A stretch of 64,000 bases of DNA, taken from assembly GCA_035448625.1 (NCBI GenBank), contig DAOTJI010000003.1, positions 14 through 64,013 of the forward strand. The letters run 5' to 3'. The stretch is from Smithellaceae bacterium. GTDB lineage: Bacteria > Desulfobacterota > Syntrophia > Syntrophales > Smithellaceae. The notes under the pieces are model-generated. The model ran no database searches. It was given only the letters and a program-made list of their open reading frames with translations, and was not told where the DNA came from. Positions 32,903 through 42,780 of the stretch are shown piece by piece (the stretch's first letter is position 1; each line of letters begins with the position of its first letter). Made by a program: the position numbers and the translations under genes.

Positions 32903-35368
32903 ATGGAGTCTTTTAAAAAGAATCTTCAACGCATCGAGCAGCCTCTGAATTTTGCCGCGAAGGATCAATTTAAAAATCTCCCGAACATCAGGAATCTGGG
33001 GAAATCCCTGTCCGGTTTGATTGCGATGCAGATGGCCGCCATTCCCCCCGCCGCGAAAAACATCTTCGGGCCCGCCCTGGAACACATGATGCGGATTTTT
33101 CAGTCATACGATCAAAAGGATGCCCAAGAGAAGAAAAGCAGCATCGCCGAAGCTTCGCTCATTCTGGCGCGGCTTAAGGATGCCGCCGACAACTTCGATG
33201 CCCGAAATCCGGGCGCGCAGCTGCAGGAAGAGCGGATTGCCGCCCGGATCGACGACCTGAAAGTGTCCTTGGAAAAGCTGTCCGCGCCCGTGCAGTTTCT
33301 GAAAGGTGTCGGACCGAAAATGGCCGAGCGATTCGGCGCAAAAAAGATTCGAACCATTGAAGACCTGCTGTACTTTCTGCCCCGGACTTATGAAGACCGC
33401 CGCGAAATCCGGAAAATTAACAAACTGGAAACGAACAAGACCCAGACGGTCGTGGCCGCGGTTTCGGACTGCTCGTTTCGCTATTATGGGAAACGAAGAA
33501 TACTGGAGGTCGCCGTGAGCGACGACACCGGGCTGCTCACGGCCAAGTGGTTCAAGGGCCGGATGTCTCATCTGGCCGGCGCCTTTCAAAAGGGAACCCG
33601 CGTGATTTTTACCGGCATCGTAACGCCCGGCTACGCGGGCAAGTCCATGATTCATCCGGACTTCGAAATTCTGGACGAAGAGGATGAAGAAAATCTGCTC
33701 AACTTCAAACGCGTCGTTCCGGTCTATTCGGAAACGGAAGGCCTTCACCAGAAATACATCCGGAAAGTCATGGTCTCCGCGCTGGAAAATTATTCACGCT
33801 ACATCGCGTCGCCGATTCCCGCGGATATCTGCCGGAAGCGCGGCCTGATCAACATCCGTGAGGCGCTCGTGAGCGTTCACTTCCCCGGCGGCGAAGTGGA
33901 GATAGATCCTTTTGTCAACACTCGATCCGAGGCGCACCGTCGTCTGATTTACGACGAGTTTTTCTTTTTTCAACTGGGAATGGCCGTCAGGAAATCCGGA
34001 CGCGTTCTGGAACGCGGCATTTCCTTTTCCGCAGGCGGTGAGAAGCTTTCGCAATTTTACGCCTCGCTGCCGTTTGAGCTGACCGGAGCGCAAAAGCGGG
34101 TGGTGGAGGAGATTCAGAGGGACCTCCAGGCGCCGACGGCCATGAACCGCCTTCTGCAGGGCGACGTCGGAAGCGGGAAAACACTGGTGGCCATGTCGGC
34201 CATGGTGACGGTGTGCGAAAACGGATATCAGGCCGCGCTGATGGCACCCACGGAAATTTTGGCCCGTCAGCACAAAAACACTCTGTCGGCCTGGGCCGAA
34301 GCGGTCGGATTGAGCGTGGTCCTGCTGACGGGCGGTATGAGCGCAACGGCGCGGACCGAGGCGCTGGAGCGCATTCGCTCCGGTGAAGCCGACCTCATTA
34401 TCGGAACCCATGCTTTGATTCAGGAGGACGTGGACTTCAGAAAGCTGGGGCTGGTCGTAATCGACGAACAACATCGTTTCGGCGTTTTACAGCGGGCAAC
34501 GCTGCGCGGCAAAGGCCTTTCCTCGGACGTGCTGGTGATGACCGCTACGCCCATCCCGCGAACACTGGCGATGACGGTATACGGAGATCTGGACGTGTCG
34601 GTGATCGATGAAATGCCGCCCGGCAAAAAACCGGTGCGCACCATGGTGATGGGAGAAAACAGAAGGGAAGCGGTGTACGAAGCCATCCGCAAAGAGCTGG
34701 CGAAAAATCATCAGGCGTTCATCGTCTATCCGCTGGTGGAGCAGTCGGAGACGCTGGATCTGAAAGACGCGACCCAAATGGCCGATCGTCTGCAAAAAGA
34801 CATTTTTCCGGAGGTCCGGGTCGGCCTGATTCACGGCAAAATGAAAGACCGGGAAAAAGAAGCGGTCATGCGCGACTTTCTGGAAAACCAAATCGCGATC
34901 CTCGTCTCCACAACCGTGATCGAAGTGGGAATCGATGTGCCGCGCGCTTCGCTGATGGTGATAGAACACGCGGAACGCTTCGGTCTGTCGCAGCTTCATC
35001 AACTGCGAGGCCGCGTGGGCCGCCGAGATATTCCATCCACCTGCATTCTGCTCACCGGCTACAAGGCATCGGGCGACGCGCGTAAACGGCTCAAGGTCAT
35101 GGAGAGAACCTCCGATGGTTTTGCTCTGGCCGAAGAAGACCTGGCCATTCGGGGTCCGGGGGATTTTCTGGGAACGCGTCAGTCCGGCATGCCCGATTTC
35201 CGCATCGCCAGCATCCTCCGCGACGCGCGCATTCTCAATGACGCCAAGGAAGACGCCTTCGCGCTGATTGCCCGTGATCCGCTCCTGACCAGACCTGAAC
35301 ACGCGATTTTAAAAGAGACGCTGATCGCAAAATGGCAGGGAAAGCTGGATCTGGCCCGAACCGGATAA
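32903..35368 (+). CDS. recG: ATP-dependent DNA helicase RecG (with an N-terminal extension of about 130 aa)
   Basis: Helicase motifs GDVGSGKT, DEQHRFG and HQLRGRVGR, plus the wedge-region motif FLPRTYEDRR. The ATG at 32903 has GGAG upstream. The track ORF from 32438 runs antisense through purM. Confidence 0.85.
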   Translation: MESFKKNLQRIEQPLNFAAKDQFKNLPNIRNLGKSLSGLIAMQMAAIPPAAKNIFGPALEHMMRIFQSYDQKDAQEKKSSIAEASLILARLKDAADNFDARNPGAQLQEERIAARIDDLKVSLEKLSAPVQFLKGVGPKMAERFGAKKIRTIEDLLYFLPRTYEDRREIRKINKLETNKTQTVVAAVSDCSFRYYGKRRILEVAVSDDTGLLTAKWFKGRMSHLAGAFQKGTRVIFTGIVTPGYAGKSMIHPDFEILDEEDEENLLNFKRVVPVYSETEGLHQKYIRKVMVSALENYSRYIASPIPADICRKRGLINIREALVSVHFPGGEVEIDPFVNTRSEAHRRLIYDEFFFFQLGMAVRKSGRVLERGISFSAGGEKLSQFYASLPFELTGAQKRVVEEIQRDLQAPTAMNRLLQGDVGSGKTLVAMSAMVTVCENGYQAALMAPTEILARQHKNTLSAWAEAVGLSVVLLTGGMSATARTEALERIRSGEADLIIGTHALIQEDVDFRKLGLVVIDEQHRFGVLQRATLRGKGLSSDVLVMTATPIPRTLAMTVYGDLDVSVIDEMPPGKKPVRTMVMGENRREAVYEAIRKELAKNHQAFIVYPLVEQSETLDLKDATQMADRLQKDIFPEVRVGLIHGKMKDREKEAVMRDFLENQIAILVSTTVIEVGIDVPRASLMVIEHAERFGLSQLHQLRGRVGRRDIPSTCILLTGYKASGDARKRLKVMERTSDGFALAEEDLAIRGPGDFLGTRQSGMPDFRIASILRDARILNDAKEDAFALIARDPLLTRPEHAILKETLIAKWQGKLDLARTG

Positions 35369-35400
35369 ATCAGGATACGCGGCTGAAAGCGGAGAGACGG

Positions 35401-35448
35401 AAAAACAGCGTCATGAGGATCCTGGCGAAGGCTTGTGACGCTGTTTTT
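35401..35448 (+). terminator. Intrinsic terminator after recG
   Basis: 13-bp perfect inverted repeat AAAAACAGCGTCA (35401-35413) / TGACGCTGTTTTT (35436-35448) with a 22-nt loop. The flanking A and T tracts give it a bidirectional appearance. Confidence 0.8.
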
Positions 35449-35590
35449 GCTTCGAGTGGAAGCGCAGGACGGTACGCTCCCGCCGCGCCGGTTTCCGGGC
35501 AACCTCGAAACTTCAGATTCCGCAAATTGATGCTTGATCTTTTTTGAAGATTTCGTTTAACTCGCACGCTCAGACAAAGGAGAAGCAGCT

Positions 35591-36508
35591 ATGAGAATCG
35601 CGGTGGTCGGAATCGGCGGGGTAGGCGGGTATTTCGGCGGCAAACTGGCCCGGGAATACGCCTCTTCCGGAAAACATGAGGTCGTCTTTATCGCCCGCGG
35701 AGAACATCTTCGGGCCATCCAGAAAAACGGCCTTCAGCTTTACACCCGTGAAGGCCAGTACACGGCCTGGCCAACCATCGCCACGGACGACCCGTCCATA
35801 ACCGGCCGGCTCGATCTGGTTTTTTTCTGCGTCAAAAGCTACACCCTCGAGGAATCAGCGCGATCACTGGCGCCGAACATCGGCAAGAAAACGGTGGTGA
35901 TCCCCCTGCTCAACGGCGTGGACAGCGCCGGGAGATTGAGAGGGGTGCTGCCCGAAGCGGACGTCGTCAGCGGCTCCGTTTATATCATCAGCTTCCTGGA
36001 TCAACCGGGGATCGTGATCCAAACGCAGGGCGCCTGCCGGTTGATTTTCGGCACGGATGACCGGTTGTCCGCCGACCGGTATTCCAGGATTCTGGACCTT
36101 TTGCGGGAAGCGAAAATCGACGCCAGGCTGACGGACCGCATGACCGAAGCGCTGTGGATGAAATTCCTGATGATGTGCCCCCTGGGATCGCTCACGGCGG
36201 CGACCGGCAAAACGTATGGGTTCATCCGCGAGGACGAATATTTGCGAAACCGGCTGCGGGCCATGATGATGGAAGTCGCCGCGGTCGCCCGCGCGCGGCA
36301 GGTTCGCCTGCCGGAAAACGCGGTGGATAAAACCTTAGAGACGATCAACGGCTTCACTCATGACGCAAAAACCTCCATGCAGCTCGACCGGGAAAGAGGC
36401 AGACCAATGGAAGTGGATACCCTGACGGCGTTTCTCTGCCGGGCGGGCCGGGAAGCGGGAATTCCCACGCCGGTTCACGACGAGGTTTACCGTCAACTGA
36501 CGGCGTAG
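35591..36508 (+). CDS. panE: 2-dehydropantoate 2-reductase
   Basis: 305 aa with an N-terminal Rossmann motif, MRIAVVGIGGVGGYFG, and the ApbA/PanE family pattern. Confidence 0.8.
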   Translation: MRIAVVGIGGVGGYFGGKLAREYASSGKHEVVFIARGEHLRAIQKNGLQLYTREGQYTAWPTIATDDPSITGRLDLVFFCVKSYTLEESARSLAPNIGKKTVVIPLLNGVDSAGRLRGVLPEADVVSGSVYIISFLDQPGIVIQTQGACRLIFGTDDRLSADRYSRILDLLREAKIDARLTDRMTEALWMKFLMMCPLGSLTAATGKTYGFIREDEYLRNRLRAMMMEVAAVARARQVRLPENAVDKTLETINGFTHDAKTSMQLDRERGRPMEVDTLTAFLCRAGREAGIPTPVHDEVYRQLTA

Positions 36509-36547
36509 AACACGCGGCCCTGAACGGGATTCATCGCTCTTATCCAT

Positions 36548-36575
36548 TTGACAAAACAACGGGATTTGATATAGG
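36548..36575 (+). promoter_or_regulatory. Sigma70-like promoter for hom
   Basis: TTGACA (36548-36553), a 16-nt spacer, then TATAGG (36570-36575). Confidence 0.4.
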
Positions 36576-36647
36576 GTACAACCCCCGCCAAAACAGACGG
36601 GGCGAAGCGGCCCCGGGCCGTATTTTTGATCCGCATCGAGGTAGAAA

Positions 36648-37955
36648 ATGAAAAACATATCCATCGGCTTGATCGGCCTGGGGAATATTGGAACCGGCGT
36701 GGTCCGGCTGCTGAAACAAAACGAACAACTCATCGCCCAGAAGCTGGGCGCAAAACTCATTTTAAAGAAAATCGCCGATATTGATATCACGTCTTCGCGC
36801 GGCGTGAAAATCCCGAAAAAGCTGCTCACGACCGACGCCCGTGAAATTCTCAACGATCCGGGCATCTCCATCGTGATCGAACTGATGGGCGGGTACGAGC
36901 CGGCGCGCACCTTCGTTCTGGAAGCCATTCGAAACGGCAAACACGTGGTGACCGCCAACAAGGCCATGCTGGCCACTTATGGAAATGAAATTTTCCCGGC
37001 TGCGCAGAATCAAAATGTGGATATCGGATTTGAAGCCAGCGTCGGCGGAACCATTCCGATCATCAAAACCCTGAAGGAATCGCTGGTGGCCAACCGGATC
37101 CGGTCTATCGTCGGCATCATGAACGGAACCTGCAACTTCATTCTCACCAAAATGACAAACGAGGGAAAACCTTTCGATGTGGTCCTGAAGGAAGCCCAGC
37201 AGCTGGGTTTTGCCGAGGCGGACCCGACCTTCGACATCGAAGGCATCGATACGTCGCACAAGATGGCCATCGTGCTGTCGCTCGCCTACGGGAAAAAAGT
37301 CCGGCTCAAGGATATTTACCTGGAAGGCATTACGAAAATCAGCGCGGAGGACATCGCCTTCGCCAGGGAGTTGGGCTACCGGATCAAGCTGCTGGCGATC
37401 GGCATGCTGAAAGGCGAAGCGGTGGAGGCCAGAATCCACCCGACCATGATCGCATCGGGGCACCTGCTGGCGAATGTCAACCACAACTACAACGCCTTCC
37501 ATCTGGAAGGAGACGCCTCCGGACCGGTCTTTCTGTTCGGTCAGGGCGCAGGCATGATGCCCACGGCCAGCGCGGTCTTCAGTGATATTCTGGACACCGC
37601 CCGCAATGTGCTGAAGGGCATTTCCGGCCGGGTGCCGCTTCGGTCCATCAATGAGGCCGGCATGGAGGACATCCGGCTGGTTCCGATGGACAATATCGAG
37701 ACGAAGTATTATTTCCGGTTCACCGCCCTGGACCGCCCCGGCGTTCTGTCGAAGATATCCGGCATTCTGGGCGCTCACGACATCAGCCTGGCCACCGTGA
37801 TCCAGAAGGCAAGGGAAGAGGCGGGGGCCGTGCCCATCGTGATGACGACCTATAAGGCGAAGGAGAAAAACGTGCGCAAGGCGCTCACGAAAATCGACCG
37901 TCTGGACGTTGTCCGGGACAAAACCGTTCTCATTCGCATCGAGGACGAATTGTAA
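36648..37955 (+). CDS. hom: Homoserine dehydrogenase (with C-terminal ACT domain)
   Basis: 435 aa starting IGLIGLGNIGTG, with a catalytic region and a C-terminal ACT-like segment (YYFRFTALDRPGVLSKISGIL). Confidence 0.9.
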   Translation: MKNISIGLIGLGNIGTGVVRLLKQNEQLIAQKLGAKLILKKIADIDITSSRGVKIPKKLLTTDAREILNDPGISIVIELMGGYEPARTFVLEAIRNGKHVVTANKAMLATYGNEIFPAAQNQNVDIGFEASVGGTIPIIKTLKESLVANRIRSIVGIMNGTCNFILTKMTNEGKPFDVVLKEAQQLGFAEADPTFDIEGIDTSHKMAIVLSLAYGKKVRLKDIYLEGITKISAEDIAFARELGYRIKLLAIGMLKGEAVEARIHPTMIASGHLLANVNHNYNAFHLEGDASGPVFLFGQGAGMMPTASAVFSDILDTARNVLKGISGRVPLRSINEAGMEDIRLVPMDNIETKYYFRFTALDRPGVLSKISGILGAHDISLATVIQKAREEAGAVPIVMTTYKAKEKNVRKALTKIDRLDVVRDKTVLIRIEDEL

Positions 37956-38013
37956 AAACCGGCGTCCGCCTTGGATTCGAAATCCGGGCGCGCCGTAAGA
38001 GGGGTATGAATCC

Positions 38014-39240
38014 GTGAAATATGTGGTTTTGCTGGGAGACGGAATGGCGGATTATCCAAGCCGGCAGTTGGGAGGGAAAACCCCGCTGGAGTGCGCCGTG
38101 ACGCCCTTTTTGGATCAGATCGCATCTGAAGGCACACTCGGGCTGGTGGATACGATTCCCGAAGGGTTTACGCCCGGATCGGATGTGGCCAATCTCAGCG
38201 TGCTGGGCTATGATCCGAAAGAAACCTACACAGGGCGCGGCCCGCTGGAAGCTGCCAGCCAGGGAATTCCACTGGGACCCGACGACATCGCCTACCGCTG
38301 CAACCTGGTCCACATCGGGGAGCCCGAGGAGGGTCCGGCGTTCATGGACGATTTTACCGCCGGGCACATCTCTTCCCCCGAGGCCGGAGAGATCATTCTG
38401 GATCTTAATAAAAAGATGAACTCGCCCCGCTACCAGTTTTATCCCGGCGTAGGGTATCGCCACCTGCTGGTATTGAGAGGCGCGGCCGGCTCTCCCCGGA
38501 CGACTCCGCCGCATGACATTCCCGGCAAACCGATTGCTCCGTATCTGCCGCAGGGCGATGCGGCACAGGAAATTCTCGGACTGATGCGGGCCGCGGCGGA
38601 TATTCTCAGAGACCACCCGGTCAACGGCGCACGTCTGTCCCAGGGAAAGAAACCGGCCAACTCCATCTGGCTGTGGGGGCAGGGGGGGAAGCCGCAGATG
38701 TCACCGCTGACCGAAAAATACGGACTCACAGGCGGCGTGATTTCCGCGGTGGACCTGCTCAACGGACTGGGCATTTACGCAGGTCTGAAACCCCTGCGCG
38801 TGAAAGGAGCCACCGGGTATATCGACACCAACTACGAAGGAAAAGCCGCGATGGCGCTTGACGCGCTGAAGTTCATGGATTTTGTGTTCCTTCATCTGGA
38901 AGCGCCGGATGAAATGGGGCATGAGGGAAACGCGAAGGGCAAGATCATGGCCATCGAGTTTTTCGATGAAAAAATCGTCGGGCCGATTCTGACGCGCATC
39001 CGCGAACTCGGGGAATACCGCATACTGGTGCTCAGCGATCATCCGACGCCGATCGACGTAAAAACGCACGTGGGCGATCCGAGCCCCTTTGCCGTCCTGT
39101 CGTCCAGGCGTGAGGAAAATCTCGCCCGGGGACCGAAATTCACCGAAGCCCAGGCCGCCGCCGCCGGTCTGGTCGTGTCTCCCGGGCATCTGCTGATGGA
39201 CAACTTCATTCGGGACTGGAGCGCTTTTCTTGGAAAGTAA
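38014..39240 (+). CDS. ApgM-family (cofactor-independent phosphoglycerate mutase-like) enzyme; possibly the alternative homoserine kinase
   Basis: 408 aa, GTG start. It begins MKYVVLLGDGMADYP and has HLEAPDEMGHEG metal-site motifs of the archaeal-type iPGM family. It lies directly downstream of hom. Confidence 0.8.
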   Translation: MKYVVLLGDGMADYPSRQLGGKTPLECAVTPFLDQIASEGTLGLVDTIPEGFTPGSDVANLSVLGYDPKETYTGRGPLEAASQGIPLGPDDIAYRCNLVHIGEPEEGPAFMDDFTAGHISSPEAGEIILDLNKKMNSPRYQFYPGVGYRHLLVLRGAAGSPRTTPPHDIPGKPIAPYLPQGDAAQEILGLMRAAADILRDHPVNGARLSQGKKPANSIWLWGQGGKPQMSPLTEKYGLTGGVISAVDLLNGLGIYAGLKPLRVKGATGYIDTNYEGKAAMALDALKFMDFVFLHLEAPDEMGHEGNAKGKIMAIEFFDEKIVGPILTRIRELGEYRILVLSDHPTPIDVKTHVGDPSPFAVLSSRREENLARGPKFTEAQAAAAGLVVSPGHLLMDNFIRDWSAFLGK

Positions 39241-39649
39241 CCTGACCAAAATCCGCGTGATATACGCCGATACGGACGCGATGGGCATTGTCTACCACGC
39301 CAACTATATCCGCTGGTTTGAGCTGGGACGCAACGAACTGATGCGCCAGGCGGGAATTGTTTATTCGGATTTGAATATGCTGGGCCTCCATCTGCCGTTG
39401 ACGCAGGTGTACTGCCGCTATCTGCTGCCGGCGACCTACGACGACCTGCTCACGGTGGAAACGAACTTCGATTACATCAAAAGGGCCAGCATCCGGTTCG
39501 GCTCCAAAATCTGGGACGAAAGCCGGCGGAAGCTTCACGCCGAAGGATACACCATCCACGCCTGCACGAATCACGAAGGTAAAATCCGCAGAATGCCGGC
39601 ATTGATTACCGGGTTGATCGAGAAATATTCCATACGCAAAGGGGAGTAA
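39230..39649 (+). CDS. YbgC/4-hydroxybenzoyl-CoA-thioesterase-family acyl-CoA thioesterase
   Basis: RVIYADTDAMGIVYHANYIRWFE is a typical N-terminal catalytic-Asp motif. It overlaps the upstream gene by 11 nt (TTG start). Confidence 0.75.
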   Translation: MESNLTKIRVIYADTDAMGIVYHANYIRWFELGRNELMRQAGIVYSDLNMLGLHLPLTQVYCRYLLPATYDDLLTVETNFDYIKRASIRFGSKIWDESRRKLHAEGYTIHACTNHEGKIRRMPALITGLIEKYSIRKGE

Positions 39650-39650
39650 A

Positions 39651-40331
39651 ATGGCTGCCAAGTTATCCAAGAAAGAACTCAAAAGCCCGGACGCTTTTCA
39701 AACCACCTTTGAAAAAGCGGGCGAGTACATCCGGGAAAATAAGAGCCGTGTGATCATCGCCGGCACGGCCCTGGCCTGTGCCGTGGTGCTGGCCCTGGGC
39801 ATTTATTTCTACTGGAGCTACTATTCCGGCGCCGCCCTGAAGCTATACGCCCGGGCCCAGGACAACATTCTGAAAAGCGGCGACAATCCGGAAACGGAAA
39901 AGGCCAACATCCCGATCTTCCGGGAACTGGCGGAACAGTATCCCCACAGCTGGAGCGGACGAATGGCCCATTATCATCTCGCCAACATCTATTACAACCA
40001 GGGAGATCTGGATCGGGCGATCGTTTCCTACGAAGCATTCATCGCCAAAACGGGTTCGGATAAAACAGGCGTCAAATTTCTGGCGCTGACGTCTCTGGGG
40101 TACGTTTATGAAGCCAAAAAAGATTTCCAGTCGGCCCTGAAATATTTTGAACAGGCACAGAAGGTTTACCATACCGGCTTCGAGATGATGAGCCTCCGCA
40201 ATGTGGCGCGTGCTCACGAAGCCTTGAACGACAAAGCAAAAGCATTGGAGTATTACCAAAAGGCGCTGGAGAAAGCGAAGGATCCGGCAGCCCGGCTCTT
40301 TCTCCAAAAAAAAATAGCCGAACTGGGCTGA
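39651..40331 (+). CDS. Membrane-anchored TPR protein (YfgM-like architecture)
   Basis: One N-terminal TM helix followed by TPR-like repeats (LANIYYNQGDLDRAIVSYE, LGYVYEAKKDFQSALKYFE). Confidence 0.65.
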   Translation: MAAKLSKKELKSPDAFQTTFEKAGEYIRENKSRVIIAGTALACAVVLALGIYFYWSYYSGAALKLYARAQDNILKSGDNPETEKANIPIFRELAEQYPHSWSGRMAHYHLANIYYNQGDLDRAIVSYEAFIAKTGSDKTGVKFLALTSLGYVYEAKKDFQSALKYFEQAQKVYHTGFEMMSLRNVARAHEALNDKAKALEYYQKALEKAKDPAARLFLQKKIAELG

Positions 40332-40380
40332 GTTCCCGGGGCGGCTTTCGGACCGCAGTCGATGATGGAGGCGCAAGCAG

Positions 40381-42147
40381 TTGAAAAGAGTATTGATGTC
40401 AGGAAATGAAGCCATTGCCCGCGGGGTTTACGAGGCGGGCGTGAGATTTGCGGCGGCCTACCCGGGCACGCCCAGCACCGAAATCATGGAGCAGTTCGCC
40501 CGCTATGACGGCGTTTACGCCGAATGGGCGCCCAATGAAAAAGTCGCGGTGGAAGTGGCCGTCGGCGCAGCGCTCGGCGGCGCCAGAGCCCTGGCGGTGA
40601 TGAAGCACGTGGGCGTGAACGTGGCCGCCGACCCGATCTTTACCGTGAGTTACACCGGGATCGAGGGAGCGCTGGTGATCATCAGCGCCGATGACCCGTC
40701 CATGCACAGCTCGCAAAACGAGCAGGACAATCGCAACTACGCCAAGTTCGCCAAGATTCCCATGCTGGAGCCGGCCGATCCGCAGGAAGCGAAAGAATAC
40801 GTTAAGCTGGCCTTCGCCATCAGCGAGCAGTTCGACACGCCGGTTTTTCTGCGCACGACCACGCGCGTTTCCCACTCCAAATCCGTGGTCACGCTCAGCG
40901 AAGTGCAGAATCCCGAAGACAAAACCACACTGGCGCATCATGCGGCGAAGTACGTCATGGTTCCCATCAATGCGCGCATCCGCCGCGTAGAAGTGGAAAA
41001 GCGCCAGAAAGCCCTGCAGAAGTTTGTGGAAACGTTTCCTGAAAATAAAATGGAAATCAACGATCCGGAGGTCGGCATCATTACCGCGGGCATGCCCTAC
41101 AATTACGCCAAGGACATTTTCCCGAACTATTCCTATCTGAAGCTGGGCATGGTCTATCCGCTGCCCGTGAAAATGATCCGGCATTTCGCAGCGCAGGTCA
41201 AAAAAATTTACGTCGTGGAAGAGCTGGATCCCTATCTGGAAGAGCAGATCCGGGCCATGGGCATCGAAGTGACCGGCAAGGAGATTTTCCCCTACACGAA
41301 TGAATTTGACCCCGGCGTGATCCGGAGCGCAATCCTTTCCGGCGGCGGGCGCTCCGCTTCACCCTATCCGGAAACCCTGGCCATGCGGCCGCCGAACCTC
41401 TGTCCCGGATGTCCTCACCGGGGATTGTTTTACGCGCTCAAAAAATCCAAAGCGTACGTCCACGGCGACATCGGCTGCTACACGCTTTCCTATTTGAAGC
41501 CCCTGGAAGGGCTGCATTCCTGCATCTGCATGGGCGCCAGCATCGGCATGGCCCACGGGATGAGCAAGGCCCTCATGGAAAAAGGGAAGGGGAAGGTGGT
41601 GGGCGTCATCGGCGATTCCACTTTTCTGCACTCCGGCATCGCCCCGCTGATGAACATGGCCTACAACAACAGCGACGCCCTGATCATCATTCTGGACAAC
41701 AGCACCACGGCCATGACCGGCATGCAGGAGCATCCCGGCACGGGCTACACGCTGATGGGGAAGGAAACCAAAAAAGTCAATCTGAATGTTTTGATATCAG
41801 CCCTGGGGATTGAAAATATCCGGGTGATCGATCCGAACAACGTGAAGGAAGCCCGCATCGCGATTAAAGACGAACTGGCCAGCTCCGGCCCTTCGGTCAT
41901 TATCGCCCAAAGCCCCTGCGTTCTGTTCAAAAGGGCGAATCAAAAGCCAAAGCCGCCGCTCAGGGTTGATGAAGACGCGTGCGAAGGCTGCCGGGCCTGT
42001 CTGGAGCTGAACTGTCCGCCGATTGCCTGGAAAAAAGGCGTCCCGAAGGATGGCTCGAAGCGAAAGGGAATCGCGGTGATCGATGAGACGCTGTGCAACG
42101 GGTGCGGACTTTGCGCCCAGGTCTGCCGGTTCAATGCGATCCGCTGA
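40381..42147 (+). CDS. iorA: Indolepyruvate:ferredoxin oxidoreductase alpha subunit
   Basis: 588 aa with a TPP-binding region (GDSTFLHSG) and C-terminal 2x[4Fe-4S] motifs (CEGCRACLELNCPP, CNGCGLCAQVC). The start may be the TTG at 40381 or the ATG at 40396. Confidence 0.85.
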   Translation: MKRVLMSGNEAIARGVYEAGVRFAAAYPGTPSTEIMEQFARYDGVYAEWAPNEKVAVEVAVGAALGGARALAVMKHVGVNVAADPIFTVSYTGIEGALVIISADDPSMHSSQNEQDNRNYAKFAKIPMLEPADPQEAKEYVKLAFAISEQFDTPVFLRTTTRVSHSKSVVTLSEVQNPEDKTTLAHHAAKYVMVPINARIRRVEVEKRQKALQKFVETFPENKMEINDPEVGIITAGMPYNYAKDIFPNYSYLKLGMVYPLPVKMIRHFAAQVKKIYVVEELDPYLEEQIRAMGIEVTGKEIFPYTNEFDPGVIRSAILSGGGRSASPYPETLAMRPPNLCPGCPHRGLFYALKKSKAYVHGDIGCYTLSYLKPLEGLHSCICMGASIGMAHGMSKALMEKGKGKVVGVIGDSTFLHSGIAPLMNMAYNNSDALIIILDNSTTAMTGMQEHPGTGYTLMGKETKKVNLNVLISALGIENIRVIDPNNVKEARIAIKDELASSGPSVIIAQSPCVLFKRANQKPKPPLRVDEDACEGCRACLELNCPPIAWKKGVPKDGSKRKGIAVIDETLCNGCGLCAQVCRFNAIR

Positions 42148-42162
42148 AAGAGGAAATAGGCT

Positions 42163-42744
42163 ATGCAAGAAGACCGTGTAAGAAGCATTCTGTTTGCCGG
42201 AGTGGGCGGACAGGGTATCATCCGGGCCAGCGACATTCTCTGCGAGGTCATGATGGAGGCCGGATTCGATGTCAAGAAGAGTGAAGTTCACGGCATGGCG
42301 CAGCGCGGCGGCTGTGTCACCAGCCATGTTCGCTACGGCCGGAAGGTGTATTCGCCTCTGGCGGAGCCGGGGACCATTGAAACTCTGGTTTCTTTTGAGA
42401 AAATGGAAGCCCTGCGCTATCTGGAGTACCTAAGTCCGAATGCTTCCATCATTCTTAATACGGAGCAAATCTACCCCCCGGCCGTCAATACAGGAGATGA
42501 ATCGTATCCTGATGATATTATTAATTTTTTAAAAAATCATTATCCTAAAGTAACGGCCGTTGACGCGCTTTTGCTTGCTCAGAAGGCGGGCAATCTGAAA
42601 ACGGCCAACGTCGTCCTTCTGGGAGCTCTCTCCTCAATGATGGAGATTCCGCATTCGCTATGGGAAAGCGTCCTTCGGAAATCGTTTCCGCAAAAACTTG
42701 TAAAATTGAATCTTGAAGCTTTTCAAATGGGAATTCCTGCTTAA
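42163..42744 (+). CDS. iorB: Indolepyruvate:ferredoxin oxidoreductase beta subunit
   Basis: 193 aa with GVGGQGI near the N-terminus and MAQRGG, typical of the IorB / 2-oxoacid:Fd oxidoreductase gamma-type domain. Confidence 0.85.
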   Translation: MQEDRVRSILFAGVGGQGIIRASDILCEVMMEAGFDVKKSEVHGMAQRGGCVTSHVRYGRKVYSPLAEPGTIETLVSFEKMEALRYLEYLSPNASIILNTEQIYPPAVNTGDESYPDDIINFLKNHYPKVTAVDALLLAQKAGNLKTANVVLLGALSSMMEIPHSLWESVLRKSFPQKLVKLNLEAFQMGIPA

Positions 42745-42780
42745 ATTACCGCCATAAGAAAATAAGAAAAGGAAGTTTTT

